Shown: positions 47,102 to 55,357 of the stretch, in pieces | Position numbering within the stretch: the stretch's first letter is position 1 | Layout of the letters: each line of letters opens with the position of its first letter | Origin: a virus | Lineage: Duplodnaviria; Caudoviricetes | Reading direction: 5' to 3' (one strand) | Virus record (IMG/VR): IMGVR_UViG_3300010401_000009 | Location: 1 to 55,357 of that record | Length of the DNA: 55,357 nt | Translations under genes and position numbers: made by a program | Notes under the pieces: generated by a model | Database searches by the model: none | What the model saw: only the letters and a program-made list of their open reading frames with translations | What the model was told of the DNA's origin: nothing

Positions 47102-47683
47102 CTACGGGATGATCCGGACCATCACGGTCCGGTGCTGCGGCAACGGCCACAGCTTGTCGTGCGCCGCCATTCCGGATCCGGTTCCGCGCACGATCGCCGG
47201 CACGTTCGGCATGCACTCGACCGTGTCGAGCAGAGACCAGTCGGGATGATCGTGGTCCCATGAGGTCACCCGATCGACGCCGACGATGATCTTGACGTGA
47301 CCGATCCACGGGTGAGGGATGCCAAATAAGTGGATCGTCGGGTACATGATCAGTAGGCCTGGCGCCGGTGTGAATGCGACCTCGGCCAGCTCCTGGCCGT
47401 GCTTCGCGTCCTCGATCATGCTGTTACAGTTGAGGTCGTCGACGACGGTGGGTCCGCCATGCGAGTCGTTCCAGCCGCGGTTGTAGCCCGGGCGGTGGCG
47501 CGTGATCCCGAAACACTCGCATACCGCGAACCCAAAGCAGTCCCGAGTGTCGTCGCCGCTCGACAGGATGTCGCCGGTTCCCAGCTGGTAGATGCCATGG
47601 CCGACCCGATCGAGCGCGCGCTGGACGGCCGCGGTAGCGCTGTAGAGCGGGCGCGGTCCGGTGGATGCTCGCGTTGGGCTCAC
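47102..47683 (-). CDS. NlpC/P60 (CHAP-like) peptidoglycan hydrolase, probable endolysin
   Basis: AVQRAL...YQLGTG...DCFGF catalytic Cys region, PAPG and GHV His motif; follows membrane-protein genes. Confidence 0.7.
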   Translation of the reverse strand: MSPTRASTGPRPLYSATAAVQRALDRVGHGIYQLGTGDILSSGDDTRDCFGFAVCECFGITRHRPGYNRGWNDSHGGPTVVDDLNCNSMIEDAKHGQELAEVAFTPAPGLLIMYPTIHLFGIPHPWIGHVKIIVGVDRVTSWDHDHPDWSLLDTVECMPNVPAIVRGTGSGMAAHDKLWPLPQHRTVMVRIIP

Positions 47684-47885
47684 GGCGCTGCATCCTTCAG
47701 TAGCTCGACGACTCGCCGAGCGATTCGCTCGACGTCATCATCGGTTAGCCTACAGGGCGCCGTGAATGCCGTCGGGACGGAGATCGTGCATGGGAACGCC
47801 TGCTGGCCATAGAACGGCCGGGGCGCGCAGCACACCATCGGATGCGCGAACGGCACGAGCGGGTGCGCGGGCCATGGGTCGCCGC

Positions 47886-48152
47886 TCACGGTGCAGCATC
47901 CTCGGCGGCGCGATCGGCGGCGGTATCGGCGTGTGCCTGGGCGATCTGAGCGAGCAGCTGATCGTGGGTGATCGCGCCCGCGGCGTGGTCCTCGAGAGCC
48001 TGGACAGCGGCGCCGGCGATGTCGAGCCCGGTCTGCGCGGCCTGTCCGCCGAGCCCGGTGGCGCCCTGGACGACGCGCAGGACGGCGATCACGTCCTCGA
48101 GTTCTGGCGAGATGGCGCGGAGCTTCGCCTCGAGAGCGGTGAGTGCGATCAT
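47886..48152 (-). CDS. Small helical protein of the lysis region
   Basis: ATGA-coupled 88-aa ORF (MIALTALEAK...). Confidence 0.6.
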   Translation of the reverse strand: MIALTALEAKLRAISPELEDVIAVLRVVQGATGLGGQAAQTGLDIAGAAVQALEDHAAGAITHDQLLAQIAQAHADTAADRAAEDAAP

Positions 48153-48931
48153 GGCGCACCTCCGGTGAGGACGGCGACCGCGGCGAGGGCGTCGTCCAGC
48201 GCGGTCTGCGCGCCGTGGATCGAGTTGTCGTCGTTGACCCCGCGGGCCGCGTCGAGAGCGTAGGTTGCGGCGTCCAGAGCAAGGATTACCCGGTCGACCT
48301 TGGCTCGGAGCTCGCCGAGCGGGGCCGAGCGCGCGAGCTTGTCGGGCGTGGTCTCGATGATCGCGCGCGCGTGGTCGAGCTCGTACGTCCGCACGGCAGC
48401 GCGCGCGGTGACGATCCCGGTGTCGATCGAGGTGATCGTTGACGCGCGCGACGCCTGCGACCCGCCACACGATCCGGCATAGACGCCGAGCAACAGCACG
48501 ATGCCGAACATCGCCGGTCCGCGCAGCGCCGATGACGTCGCGCCCTTGACGGTAGGGTGTACCACCAGAGCAACCGCGGCGGCCAACGCGGTCATGATCC
48601 CGGCGCTGGGTGCGGCACCGATGTGCCAGTTCACGACCGAGATCAGGACGAGGCTCGCGCCGGTAAGCGCGGCGAGCACGCGGCCCTGCGCAAGCCAGTG
48701 CTGCCGCGATAGGAACAGCTGCAGTCCGACGTTGGCCGCGATCACCGCGCCCCACCAGGGGCCGTTCGCGGTCCAGGTGTCCCACGCCGCTCCTCCGGCG
48801 GCGATGAGCACGGGCGATGGGTCGGTTGCGGCGGCGTGGGCCGGGTGCAAGAGGCCGTACGCGATCAGGATGAGGGATGCGATCGCGAACAGCTCGAGCA
48901 GGCCCTGTATGGTGTCACGGGGTTTGGTCAT
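48149..48931 (-). CDS. Multi-pass membrane protein with a C-terminal helical domain (holin/spanin-like)
   Basis: AAGGA RBS; about five hydrophobic segments, then VYAGSCGGSQ and an amphipathic helical tail. Confidence 0.6.
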   Translation of the reverse strand: MTKPRDTIQGLLELFAIASLILIAYGLLHPAHAAATDPSPVLIAAGGAAWDTWTANGPWWGAVIAANVGLQLFLSRQHWLAQGRVLAALTGASLVLISVVNWHIGAAPSAGIMTALAAAVALVVHPTVKGATSSALRGPAMFGIVLLLGVYAGSCGGSQASRASTITSIDTGIVTARAAVRTYELDHARAIIETTPDKLARSAPLGELRAKVDRVILALDAATYALDAARGVNDDNSIHGAQTALDDALAAVAVLTGGAP

Positions 48932-48983
48932 GTGGTCCTTTCGTGCGACCAACCTTATCACCCGACCGTGATACAACGCGCTA

Positions 48984-49214
48984 ATGCGCACCCTCGCCGC
49001 TGTGTTCATGATCCTTGCAAGCTCGTGCACGTCGCCAGCGCAGCCCCCTGATCTCCAGGTGACGCCGCGACTCTGCCCGTTCCAGCCGTGCAGCGCGAAT
49101 ATCGACTGCAGGGCAGACCCCCTAGGCGCCTGTCGGTTCTGCGTGGGCGGAGCGTGTGGAGAATTGTTGCCCGCCGGTCCGGTTGGCGCCGATGCCGGAG
49201 CCGACGCCCGGTGA
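48984..49214 (+). CDS. Small Cys-rich lipoprotein
   Basis: MRTLAAVFMILASSC lipobox; CPFQPCSANIDC...CRFCVGGAC. Confidence 0.65.
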   Translation: MRTLAAVFMILASSCTSPAQPPDLQVTPRLCPFQPCSANIDCRADPLGACRFCVGGACGELLPAGPVGADAGADAR

Positions 49215-49215
49215 A

Positions 49216-49710
49216 CTACGACGCCGTGAGCGGGTCCTCGGGAGGAACGGTGAGGCGGCACGCCGGTGGCCGCGCGACCGAAGCGAACTCCATCGGCATG
49301 GGGAACGGGTCACCGCCGTGTTGGTCGGTCTGGTTCGGATCAACTCCGGTCACCCGCTGCCACACCGCGCGCAGGTCGAGTCGGAGCTCCCTGATTTCGG
49401 TCGCCTGATCTTCGGCTCGAGCCCGTGCCGCCCCGGCGTCGGCTGCTCGTCCCTGCATCGTGTTGATCCCTACCCACAGGTTGCCCGCGAGCGCGAGCGC
49501 CACCGTGGCCAGGCCGCGGCGAAACCATCGCTCGACACCTTCGCGGCGTGATGCCCACGAGGTTACCTGGTGCGTCGCCTCGGCGACTCGACCGAGCCGC
49601 CAGAACGGAACCGAATCTCCGATGTGAGACCCGACTCTCTCGGCAAGTCGTCCATCATCATCGTTAGGCGGCGGGCGCAGGTATTCCGATGGCGGCGTGT
49701 TGTCGATCAT
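49216..49710 (-). CDS. Single-TM protein with coiled coil
   Basis: GLATVALALAGNLWVGI hydrophobic segment followed by a coiled coil. Confidence 0.6.
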   Translation of the reverse strand: MIDNTPPSEYLRPPPNDDDGRLAERVGSHIGDSVPFWRLGRVAEATHQVTSWASRREGVERWFRRGLATVALALAGNLWVGINTMQGRAADAGAARARAEDQATEIRELRLDLRAVWQRVTGVDPNQTDQHGGDPFPMPMEFASVARPPACRLTVPPEDPLTAS

Positions 49711-49713
49711 GGC

Positions 49714-50136
49714 TCAGCGCTTTCCGGCGGCGCGGATGCGTAAGGCGCCGGCCTGGGTGCATACGACCTGCACGCGCATCCGGTGAGTCCCGCTGTTCGG
49801 TACCTCGATGATGGCGCACCCGGCGTTGCCGCCGGCGATGGTCAGGGAACCGGCCGCGAGCGAGCCGGCCGCCGCCGGCGTGATCTCCGTGTTGGTCGCC
49901 ACGAGCTGGCGCTGCCCCCAATCACCGGCGACCACGCTGTTCAGCGCGACCGCCGCCTTGCCGTTCTCCGGGAAGTTCGTCACCCAGAGGGTGATCGTCC
50001 CGATGAAGGCAGCGTCCCACTGGACGTGGACCGCTTGAGCGAGCGCGTTGTCGCCGCTCACGCCGTAAAACACGCCACCGCCGCCGGTGACGGCCTGGTT
50101 ACCGATGTGTACGTCGTCGGGAAGGAAGCTGCTCAT
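49714..50136 (-). CDS. Beta-rich probable virion protein
   Basis: 140 aa, jelly-roll-like composition, downstream of the ejection proteins. Confidence 0.55.
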   Translation of the reverse strand: MSSFLPDDVHIGNQAVTGGGGVFYGVSGDNALAQAVHVQWDAAFIGTITLWVTNFPENGKAAVALNSVVAGDWGQRQLVATNTEITPAAAGSLAAGSLTIAGGNAGCAIIEVPNSGTHRMRVQVVCTQAGALRIRAAGKR

Positions 50137-50139
50137 CGG

Positions 50140-53100
50140 TCACATTCCTGCTGCTCGGTGGTCGAGCGGTGACATGGTTTGCTGCCCGAGCCTGAGCGGC
50201 CCGGATGTGGATGGTTGCGCCAGACGTGGCGCCGCCGCCGGGATCGACGCCGCCAGATACTGCGCGTGAGCGACCTGCATGGTCCCGTCGATTGGAAGCC
50301 GGTACAGGATCGAAAGCGTCACCCGGCGCGGATACGGCAGCGTCTTCGCCATCTCCTGCGAAGCGCGTAGGAGCGCCTTCTGTGCATAGCCGAACATCTC
50401 CGGGTAGACGACGCGCAGCGTTTCCGCGCCCTCTGCTGAGATGGTGCCGTGCGCGATGTCCTCGATAACGCTGATCGGGTCGTTCACCGCGTGCACGTAG
50501 CGCCCAAATTCCTCCATCGCAGCGATGGATGGGTGCCAACCCCCATCGCCAGGGATCATGCCGGGCAGGAGGGTTTGCCGCGGGCGCTTCGAGTCCAGAA
50601 ACATGATGCCGCGTTGCACCTGAGCGACGATCGCGGCTTGCATCGCGGGATCCGAAGTCGGGTAGCGCTGGCCGATGGCCTGGTCGATCGCTCCCGGTTG
50701 CAGCGCCCTGGTGATGTCGTCTGACCTGGCTTCGAACAGCGCGCGCGGGCTGTCGTCGGCGGCGTCCTTGCCGCCAGGGAACAGCGATCCGGCGAGTAGC
50801 ACCGCAGGGCCCGCGACGCGCGGCGCCTTCGAAGCTGCCTTCGCGCCGCCATCCAGCAAGGCGGACGTTGCGGCGACTATCCGATCCCGCGCCGCAGCCG
50901 CGGTGCTTGCGATCATGCCTTCGGTGCTCCGTCCGATGGAGCCGCCCTTGCGCCCGAGCACACCCATGACGGCGCGCGCCTTGAGCCAGAGCCCGAGGAT
51001 CGGACCGATCACCGGGATGCTCGATACCGCCGGCACGTGCGCCCCAACCGCGCGCAGCACCTCGAGCGCCGACCCGATGTCGGCAAGCCTCCCGCCGCCG
51101 CCCTGTACTGCCTCTTCGGCCGGCACAGCTCCGGGCAGCAGCTTTGGCGCCGCCGCCCCGCGCGCCTCGTGCTGGCGAAGCGCCGTCGTAATCTCGTCGT
51201 CGACCACGGTAGCGTCGACCGCTGGGACCTTGCCGGCTAGGTCGGCCGCCGCCTTGGCCGAGCTCGCCGCCGCGCGATTCTGTCCGGCCTGGATGGCAGC
51301 CCGGTACGCTGCGGCGTTGTCGACTGCGGTCCGCGGGGCCTCGCCGCCGAGCACATCCGTCAAGCGGGCGCTCGCGCTCTCGAGATCCCCTACGACCTTG
51401 GCGGCCCGACCGATATCGGGTCCGATGTCGCCCGCCTTGGCGTTGTGCCGCATGATCGCCTTGGCGATCGCCGCCTCGTCGCGGACGCCAGCCATCCTCT
51501 CCTTGATCATGCTGTCGACGGTGGTTCCTCGCTCGCTGACCGCAGCCTCGCCGCGCGGTGGGTTCAATCCGAGCTGATGATGTAGGCCGGTGAGGCCGGT
51601 GGGAGACGACATAACCTCGCCCGCTCGAGCTGCATCCCACGCCGCCGCGGATGCGGCCTCGCGTGCCTGCGCCTGGAGCTCGCGCTCGTGGGCTGCCATG
51701 GCGGAACCCTCGTGTCCTGCTCCGGGTGTCATGCCCTCGTTCCATGGCGCGGCAGCGTCTCCAAGGCCGGCGCGCTCGGCGCGCGCGGCAAGTGCCCGAG
51801 CCCGGAAGTGCTCGGCGGCACTGGACGCCCGGGACTCCTTGGCAGCGCGCGCGGCACGCGCAGGCTCTCGCCCGACCTCTGCGATCCCGGCACCGCGATC
51901 TACCGCGGCTTTCGTACCCCGAAGCAAGGCTTCGAGGCCTCCCTGCGCTTCGCCATGCCCGGCGCCGCGCAGCACATCCGTCGGAGCGGGCTCGTGGCTC
52001 GTCGTCCACTTCACCTTGATCGGAGCATCAGCCTCAATCGCCGCTGCCAGACGGTGCCGACCGTCGGTGACCAGGATGTTGCCGTCTGGCGACACGCCGA
52101 GCTTGATCGGTTCTTGCTGACCTACGGCGATCGCATTTCGCGCGTTCGCCATGCGAACCTCGTCGACACCTCCGCCAGGCGGCTCGAAGTAGCCACGCTC
52201 TGCGATCTTCCGCGCGGGCAGCGTTTGCTCGACGTAGTCGTGCCCAACGCGATCAAGGTGCGCGTTCAGGGCCCCGTACTCCGGGATGTTGCCATCCTTC
52301 ATCGGCGCTGCCGCGTACCGGCCGGCGACGCGTGCTCGCTCAGGGATACCGGCTTCGATACTAGGACGATCGTCGGTTGCGTTCTGCAAGATCTTCCGGG
52401 CTGGCACGGACTCGATCGGCGTGCCGGAAGCGAGGCGCTTTCCGACAGCAGTTGCAGGCTGGTCAACGAGAGGCGTTGCGGCGACCGGATCTCCGCCAAG
52501 TTCTGCGGCATGCTGCAGCTCGCCCGGCGTCTTGATGCCGCGCGCGCCCGGCGGCCCGAATTCCCCCACGGGCACGGCCCTGGCGTGCAGGTTGCCATGC
52601 AGATCACCGGGCTCGATGCCGGCCAGCTCCCGCTCGAGCTCTGGATCGCCGCCGTCCGCCAACCATGACTCGAACTGGCCGCGGGCCTGCCGGTACGCGT
52701 CGATTGCTCCCGTCACGGCCTCGCGGTTGACGGCTCCGGCGACCTGGTCGCCGATCGCCTGCGAATCGGCCGCGCCGAACACCCGCCGGGTTGCGCTCTC
52801 CCCAGCCCTCGCGACTTGTGCACCTGCGTCGATGTCGGCCAGCCGACGCTCGGCCGCCGTCGTCATCTGGTCGCCATCCCGGAGCACCTGGGCGATTCCA
52901 GACGACGCCTTGGCCTTGATGCCGCTCGCCGCCGCAGCGCTCACCTCGGATCGCGGGAACAGCGAACGGACCTTTTGCAGCGTCGCGCTCGCCAGTACTC
53001 CGGCGCCGCCAATCGGCGCGGCGAACAGGGCCCCGTGCCCCATGCCGGCCACGAAGCCCTCAGCCGACAGCGGCTTGTCCTCGAGGGCCGCGTCGGTGAG

Positions 53101-53634
53101 GTACTGCCCGCCGCCGAAGACCGCACCTTCGGTGGCCGCTCCTGCCGTGCCGGCCAGGATGCGCCCGGCGATCCCCCCGCCTTCACCGAGCTCCGAGATG
53201 GCGCGGCCGGCGCGCCCGACCAGCGCGGCCGGGCTGTGGGACAGGATCCGGGCCCCGAGCCCCGCCGCCTCTTCGCCGGCCGATGCCCCGCCGGTCATGA
53301 TCGCCGGCGCTAGCGCACCGGCTAGCGCTCCGGCGGCGGTCGCGTACGGATGTTCCTCGGTGACGTGGCGCAGCGACGCCATGTTGCCGCCGCCGGCGGC
53401 CAGTGCCTGGTCGGACAGGCCGAGCGTGAGTCCGCTGAGCGCACCGAGCCCGCCCGCCTCCAGCGCCCCGCCGACACCGCCATGCAGCTCGCGGAACGTG
53501 TCGGCGGCAACGCGGTCGAGTCCCTCCTCATGCGTCTCCGGACGGAATCCCTGCTGGATGAACGCCGCAACCTGGTCCTCGGGTACTCCTACCGCGCGCC
53601 CGTCGCTGTCATGGAGCGTTACGACCGGTGGCAT
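50140..53634 (-). CDS. Large ejection (internal virion) protein with an embedded ParB/Srx-like domain, 1164 aa
   Basis: Gly/Ala-rich hydrophobic N-terminus (GALSGLTLGLSD...), last and largest of the three ejection-type genes; EPIKLG...ILVTDGRHRLAAA motif. Confidence 0.75.
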   Translation of the reverse strand: MPPVVTLHDSDGRAVGVPEDQVAAFIQQGFRPETHEEGLDRVAADTFRELHGGVGGALEAGGLGALSGLTLGLSDQALAAGGGNMASLRHVTEEHPYATAAGALAGALAPAIMTGGASAGEEAAGLGARILSHSPAALVGRAGRAISELGEGGGIAGRILAGTAGAATEGAVFGGGQYLTDAALEDKPLSAEGFVAGMGHGALFAAPIGGAGVLASATLQKVRSLFPRSEVSAAAASGIKAKASSGIAQVLRDGDQMTTAAERRLADIDAGAQVARAGESATRRVFGAADSQAIGDQVAGAVNREAVTGAIDAYRQARGQFESWLADGGDPELERELAGIEPGDLHGNLHARAVPVGEFGPPGARGIKTPGELQHAAELGGDPVAATPLVDQPATAVGKRLASGTPIESVPARKILQNATDDRPSIEAGIPERARVAGRYAAAPMKDGNIPEYGALNAHLDRVGHDYVEQTLPARKIAERGYFEPPGGGVDEVRMANARNAIAVGQQEPIKLGVSPDGNILVTDGRHRLAAAIEADAPIKVKWTTSHEPAPTDVLRGAGHGEAQGGLEALLRGTKAAVDRGAGIAEVGREPARAARAAKESRASSAAEHFRARALAARAERAGLGDAAAPWNEGMTPGAGHEGSAMAAHERELQAQAREAASAAAWDAARAGEVMSSPTGLTGLHHQLGLNPPRGEAAVSERGTTVDSMIKERMAGVRDEAAIAKAIMRHNAKAGDIGPDIGRAAKVVGDLESASARLTDVLGGEAPRTAVDNAAAYRAAIQAGQNRAAASSAKAAADLAGKVPAVDATVVDDEITTALRQHEARGAAAPKLLPGAVPAEEAVQGGGGRLADIGSALEVLRAVGAHVPAVSSIPVIGPILGLWLKARAVMGVLGRKGGSIGRSTEGMIASTAAAARDRIVAATSALLDGGAKAASKAPRVAGPAVLLAGSLFPGGKDAADDSPRALFEARSDDITRALQPGAIDQAIGQRYPTSDPAMQAAIVAQVQRGIMFLDSKRPRQTLLPGMIPGDGGWHPSIAAMEEFGRYVHAVNDPISVIEDIAHGTISAEGAETLRVVYPEMFGYAQKALLRASQEMAKTLPYPRRVTLSILYRLPIDGTMQVAHAQYLAASIPAAAPRLAQPSTSGPLRLGQQTMSPLDHRAAGM

Positions 53635-53640
53635 CTACGG

Positions 53641-55357
53641 CTACCTCGGTGCACCATCGGGGCCCCTGACCGGCTCCGCGATCGGGATGCTCGACTGGAT
53701 CTGCTCATCGTGCCCCCGCTCCAGGAGCCGCTTGGCGAGCGCAGCGGTCGCAGGCGATTCCGAATCGCGCGCGATCTTCTCGAGGAGTTCGGTGTTGCGC
53801 TTGCGGATCTCGAGATCGGGCGATGCCATGGACGCCGCGGCTGTCTCCATCGCCTGTCGGACCGATGGGAGCACGTCGCCGGCAGCAATCAGCCGCGTGT
53901 GAGCATCCTCGTACCCTCGGTAGACGCCGTTCTTGTCGACGACCTTTTTGTACTCTCCAAGTGGGCTGAACCGACCAACCTCGTTTTCGAGCACGCCTGG
54001 CGAATCAGCGAACCCGCGGTGAGGGTCAATGAGAGCCTTCGCGAGCGTCTTCTGCTCGTCGGTCTGCTGCGGTGGTGGTTGGTCTGAAGTGTCGGCCCAT
54101 CCGAAACGTGGCCCATTGTATCCACGCGCCTGGATCCGCTCGTTGACCTTGTCCTGAAGGTTCTTGTTCGAGCGCTGAAGCGCTGCGGTCGCGTCGTACA
54201 CGAACGATGTTGGGTCGACGCCGCCTGTTGCCATCTTCTCGAAGAACTTCATCGTCGGCTCGCGGAACGACGTGATCCCGTATGCGTCGTGCAGCTCGGC
54301 GACTGCGCTTTCGAGGTCGGCCTGCATGTTCTGCCAATCCTTGCTCTTGAGGTACCCGCTCTCTCCACCATGATCTCGGATGCCGCGGATCATCTGGCCG
54401 ACGAGACGGTTGTACGACGCGGCAGCGCCGATCATGTTCTGGTCCTTAGATGCGATCTCAGCGCTCCCGGCGAGAACAGGGCTGCCGTCATCCTTCCGCG
54501 CGACGGTCAACTTGCCGTCAGGGCCAGGGATATACAGAGCTCGCTTGTTCTCCTCGTCGGTCAGCTTGCCTTGCTGTTTGGCGGCTAGCGCGGCTGCCTT
54601 AAGCTCGGCATCCTGGTTCTCCTTGTAGACTTGGAAGCCCTCCTCGAACTTGTTGTGCCGGATCGTCTCGCTCAAGTGCCCGCCTGAGATCGCGTTCGAC
54701 TGCGCCTGCAGGTCGTGCTGGCTGCGAAGCTCGACGTAGCCCTTGAGCTGCTGGTCGCTCATCTGCCGCACGTCGGCTGCAGCCTTCATCCCGCGGGCAC
54801 GGGCGATCGGGTCGGCGGTGTTGATGGCTGCCTCCTCTAGTTGCTTCGCGAGGGCGACTCCGGCGAGGCCGTCTTTCTTGTCGAGCTCCGCCTGGCGCTG
54901 CGCGTGGTACGCCGCTGCGTCCTGCTGGCCTTCGCGATCGAAGCCGAGCTTCTGCACGAGCGCGTCTCGCTGCTTCATTTGCGCATCGTTGGCATCGTGG
55001 ATCTGCTGCTGCAGAAGTTCGACCACGGGATTCCCGCCCTGGTGCATCAACCCCTGCCCGATTCCGGCGAGCACCATCGCGATCCCCCACCTGACCTTTC
55101 CACCCACTCCAAGCTCGTCCATGAACTGGTTGCGGTTGTACTTCCATCCCTCGATCTGCTGCCGATCCGCGGCGACCTTCGCGGCGTTGGTCTGGTAGGC
55201 CTTGGCGTACGCGTCGGCCTCGGCCTGTCGCGCGGCGGCGTTCGCCTTCGTCGTGGCGTCGTAGTTTTGGTACGCCGCTGACTCCGCCCTGTGGAGCCCC
55301 TGCTCGGCGGCGACCTGCGCGTCAATCGCTGCGCGTTGCTCGGCCTCGGTTCCGGCC
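53641..55357 (-). CDS. 3' part of the origin-spanning ejection protein (starts at 611)
   Basis: Frame is open from the contig end (...AEQRAAIDAQV...WKYNRNQFMDELG...); one hydrophobic segment plus Gln/Ala coiled coils. Confidence 0.8.
   Translation of the reverse strand, partial: AGTEAEQRAAIDAQVAAEQGLHRAESAAYQNYDATTKANAAARQAEADAYAKAYQTNAAKVAADRQQIEGWKYNRNQFMDELGVGGKVRWGIAMVLAGIGQGLMHQGGNPVVELLQQQIHDANDAQMKQRDALVQKLGFDREGQQDAAAYHAQRQAELDKKDGLAGVALAKQLEEAAINTADPIARARGMKAAADVRQMSDQQLKGYVELRSQHDLQAQSNAISGGHLSETIRHNKFEEGFQVYKENQDAELKAAALAAKQQGKLTDEENKRALYIPGPDGKLTVARKDDGSPVLAGSAEIASKDQNMIGAAASYNRLVGQMIRGIRDHGGESGYLKSKDWQNMQADLESAVAELHDAYGITSFREPTMKFFEKMATGGVDPTSFVYDATAALQRSNKNLQDKVNERIQARGYNGPRFGWADTSDQPPPQQTDEQKTLAKALIDPHRGFADSPGVLENEVGRFSPLGEYKKVVDKNGVYRGYEDAHTRLIAAGDVLPSVRQAMETAAASMASPDLEIRKRNTELLEKIARDSESPATAALAKRLLERGHDEQIQSSIPIAEPVRGPDGAPR
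55235..55357. repeat. Second copy of the 123-bp terminal repeat
   Basis: Identical to 1-123. Confidence 0.97.

Noticed and set aside
250-55325. Many long overlapping Arg/Ala/Pro-rich ORFs in alternative frames (e.g. 327..1514, 50099..52009, 52286..53902)
   Set aside because: Shadow ORFs expected at high GC; they lack RBS, motifs and coupling and overlap better-supported genes.

Overview
The window is a complete, circular-mapping, very GC-rich tailed-phage genome of about 55.2 kb. Bases 1-123 are repeated exactly at 55235-55357, and one minus-strand ORF reads in frame across the join. The architecture is podovirus-like. It has a minus-strand morphogenesis region (GNAT, GroES, TerL, portal, scaffold, major capsid, adaptor, Gly-rich and fibre proteins, a 1070-aa nozzle-like protein, three probable ejection proteins) and a lysis region with an NlpC/P60-type endolysin. 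A lambdoid-style early region has an XRE HTH leading DNA-modification, replication-initiator and DnaC-like genes, divergent from YqaJ/RecT. I saw no integrase, tRNA, CRISPR or reverse transcriptase. A myxobacterial host is inferred, not shown. The two best candidates for an undescribed system are as follows. (i) A phage-borne sigma54 regulon: six GG-N10-G(C/A) promoter-like sites, a duplicated 16-bp enhancer-like box at a conserved distance, a paralogous 70-aa protein family behind these promoters, and a catalytically degenerate enhancer-binding-protein homologue. (ii) A lipoprotein, convergent with the tail-fibre gene, that carries a paralogue of the fibre's C-terminal domain. Other oddities are a probable ACG start for the portal, two genes with single in-frame stops, a ParB/Srx domain inside an ejection protein and a QPPY methyltransferase. 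All family calls come from reading motifs by eye; no searches were run.
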